A DNA stretch of 64,000 nt, from NCBI GenBank assembly GCA_965178125.1, contig OZ237759.1, positions 248,001 through 312,000 of the forward strand, read 5' to 3'. Each line of letters begins with the position of its first letter. Within the stretch, counting starts at the first letter, position 1. The notes below the pieces were generated by a model. That model was not told the origin of the DNA and ran no database searches. It saw nothing but the letters and a program-made list of their open reading frames with translations. Position numbers and translations under genes: made by a program. This document shows positions 63,076-64,000 of this stretch, in pieces. The DNA is from Bilabrum cf. latius (Eukaryota).

Positions 63076-64000
63076 ATGTTTGCTGGAAAGCGAAAAAAAG
63101 CCCGTAATTTAAACGAAGTCAGATAGTTGCAACACCTAGTCAAAGCATCTGGTCAAGCCTATCAATCACCCAATGCCCGAACCACAATAATCTCCAAACA
63201 AGGAAAATATATGTACATCCCCAGTTTAAGCGATACCAAACGAGCCGTCTATCGTAACGATAAAAATCAATATATTGTTGCTTTTCGAGGAACAGTTGTC
63301 AGCGATCCTGAGGATCTATTAGACGATGCTCGAATCATTAAAAACACACTTCCTAATGGAAATAGATTTCAACGAGAGAAAAAAAAGGTTGAGGAAATCA
63401 AACAACTTAGCAATGGACAAGTTGTGCTTACTGGACACTCATTAGGAGGTGCTTTAGCCAATTAGATTGGATAGCAATTAGGAATCGAAAGTGTGGGTTG
63501 GAATGCTGGAACAGCCCCTACCGCTCGAAACTTAGTTGGCAACACCATTCGACGATTTGCCACCCAAGGCAAAACCAAAAGTTACAACGTTAGTAGCGAT
63601 CCTATTTCTCTTGGAAATCCTTTTAGCAAACGCATCAATCGCAAAGCTGGTCTAGATCCACACAGTCTTGGAAACTTTGTAATTCAAGGCGGTAAAGCAC
63701 AAACTGATCCCATTATTCGCAAATTCAACTTGTTTAACTTTGCTAAACCACTACTCAAAGTTGCCAATCTTTTAGAATTAGATAATACCTCCAAACAATC
63801 CGTGATTGAACTTAAAGGTTCGCAAACCAATCCCGTTATTTCCTTGTACGCTAGTGATTACGATTTCTTTCAACAACTAACACAAAAAGATATTCCAATG
63901 TTTGTACCACACTTAATCCATCTAGTAGAATTATTGAGTTCCAAAAGTTCTCCCCTTCGACCAGTGGAACTTAAACTAGGTGGCAAACACTACAAACCCA
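63076..64000 (+). CDS. Class-3 lipase-like alpha/beta hydrolase fused to a putative nucleotidyltransferase domain (partial, runs off the window)
   Basis: IVAFRGT, LTGHSLGG, DPIS and HSL (Ser-Asp-His triad), then LKGSQ-x8-ASDYDFF (hGS..DxD). Three in-frame TAGs. Confidence 0.75.

Larger units (their letters stand above)
58762..64000 (+). mobile_element. Endogenous virophage (Maveriviricetes-like), left part; continues beyond the window
   Basis: Abrupt switch from GC-rich to AT-rich DNA, a ~1-kb non-coding repeat-containing end, then a tightly packed intronless protease-penton-MCP module. Confidence 0.88.

Noticed and set aside
59827-64000. Virophage genes as decayed pseudogenes
   Set aside because: All 12 interruptions are TAG, with no TAA/TGA or frameshifts, although the genes are CAA-rich and decay would readily create TAA. 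Catalytic motifs are intact.
1-64000. Ciliate-type code with both TAA and TAG as Gln
   Set aside because: I found no in-frame TAA in any reconstructed gene, even the AT-rich viral ones, and TAA falls at the expected ends of FKBP, the protease and the MCP.

Overview
This is a gene-dense, GC-rich protist nuclear region with few, mostly short GT-AG introns. The supplied ORF track is misleading because this genome reads TAG as glutamine while TAA and TGA remain stops. TAG sits at invariant Gln positions in kinesin (AYG*TGAGKS), eEFSec (GGA*IIDM, KGF*TQTAEC) and a sulfatase (AYA*QAICSPTR), and CAG/TAG swap between near-identical paralogous copies. With that code the fragments join into about 17 host genes, including a 1956-aa low-complexity protein, a beta-helix enzyme, eEFSec, a PUB-UBX protein, a sialate O-acetylesterase, a sulfatase, a GH-lectin, ferritin, GLDH, kinesin-3, FKBP, a DBH-like monooxygenase and an ELWxxDGT mucin. 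At 8.2-19.5 kb a 4.2-kb cassette encoding a P-loop NTPase with a possible restriction-endonuclease-like domain occurs twice, interleaved with copies of a 1.1-kb host segment. Two copies of a ~165-bp SINE-like element each have their own target-site duplication. From ~58.8 kb to the window end lies an AT-rich endogenous virophage: a perfect 58-bp palindrome at the junction, a 289-bp-period direct repeat, then cysteine protease, penton, major capsid protein and a lipase-nucleotidyltransferase fusion. Its genes also use TAG=Gln, and two carry CroV/mavirus-type TCTA late promoters. All family assignments come from manual motif recognition; no searches were run.
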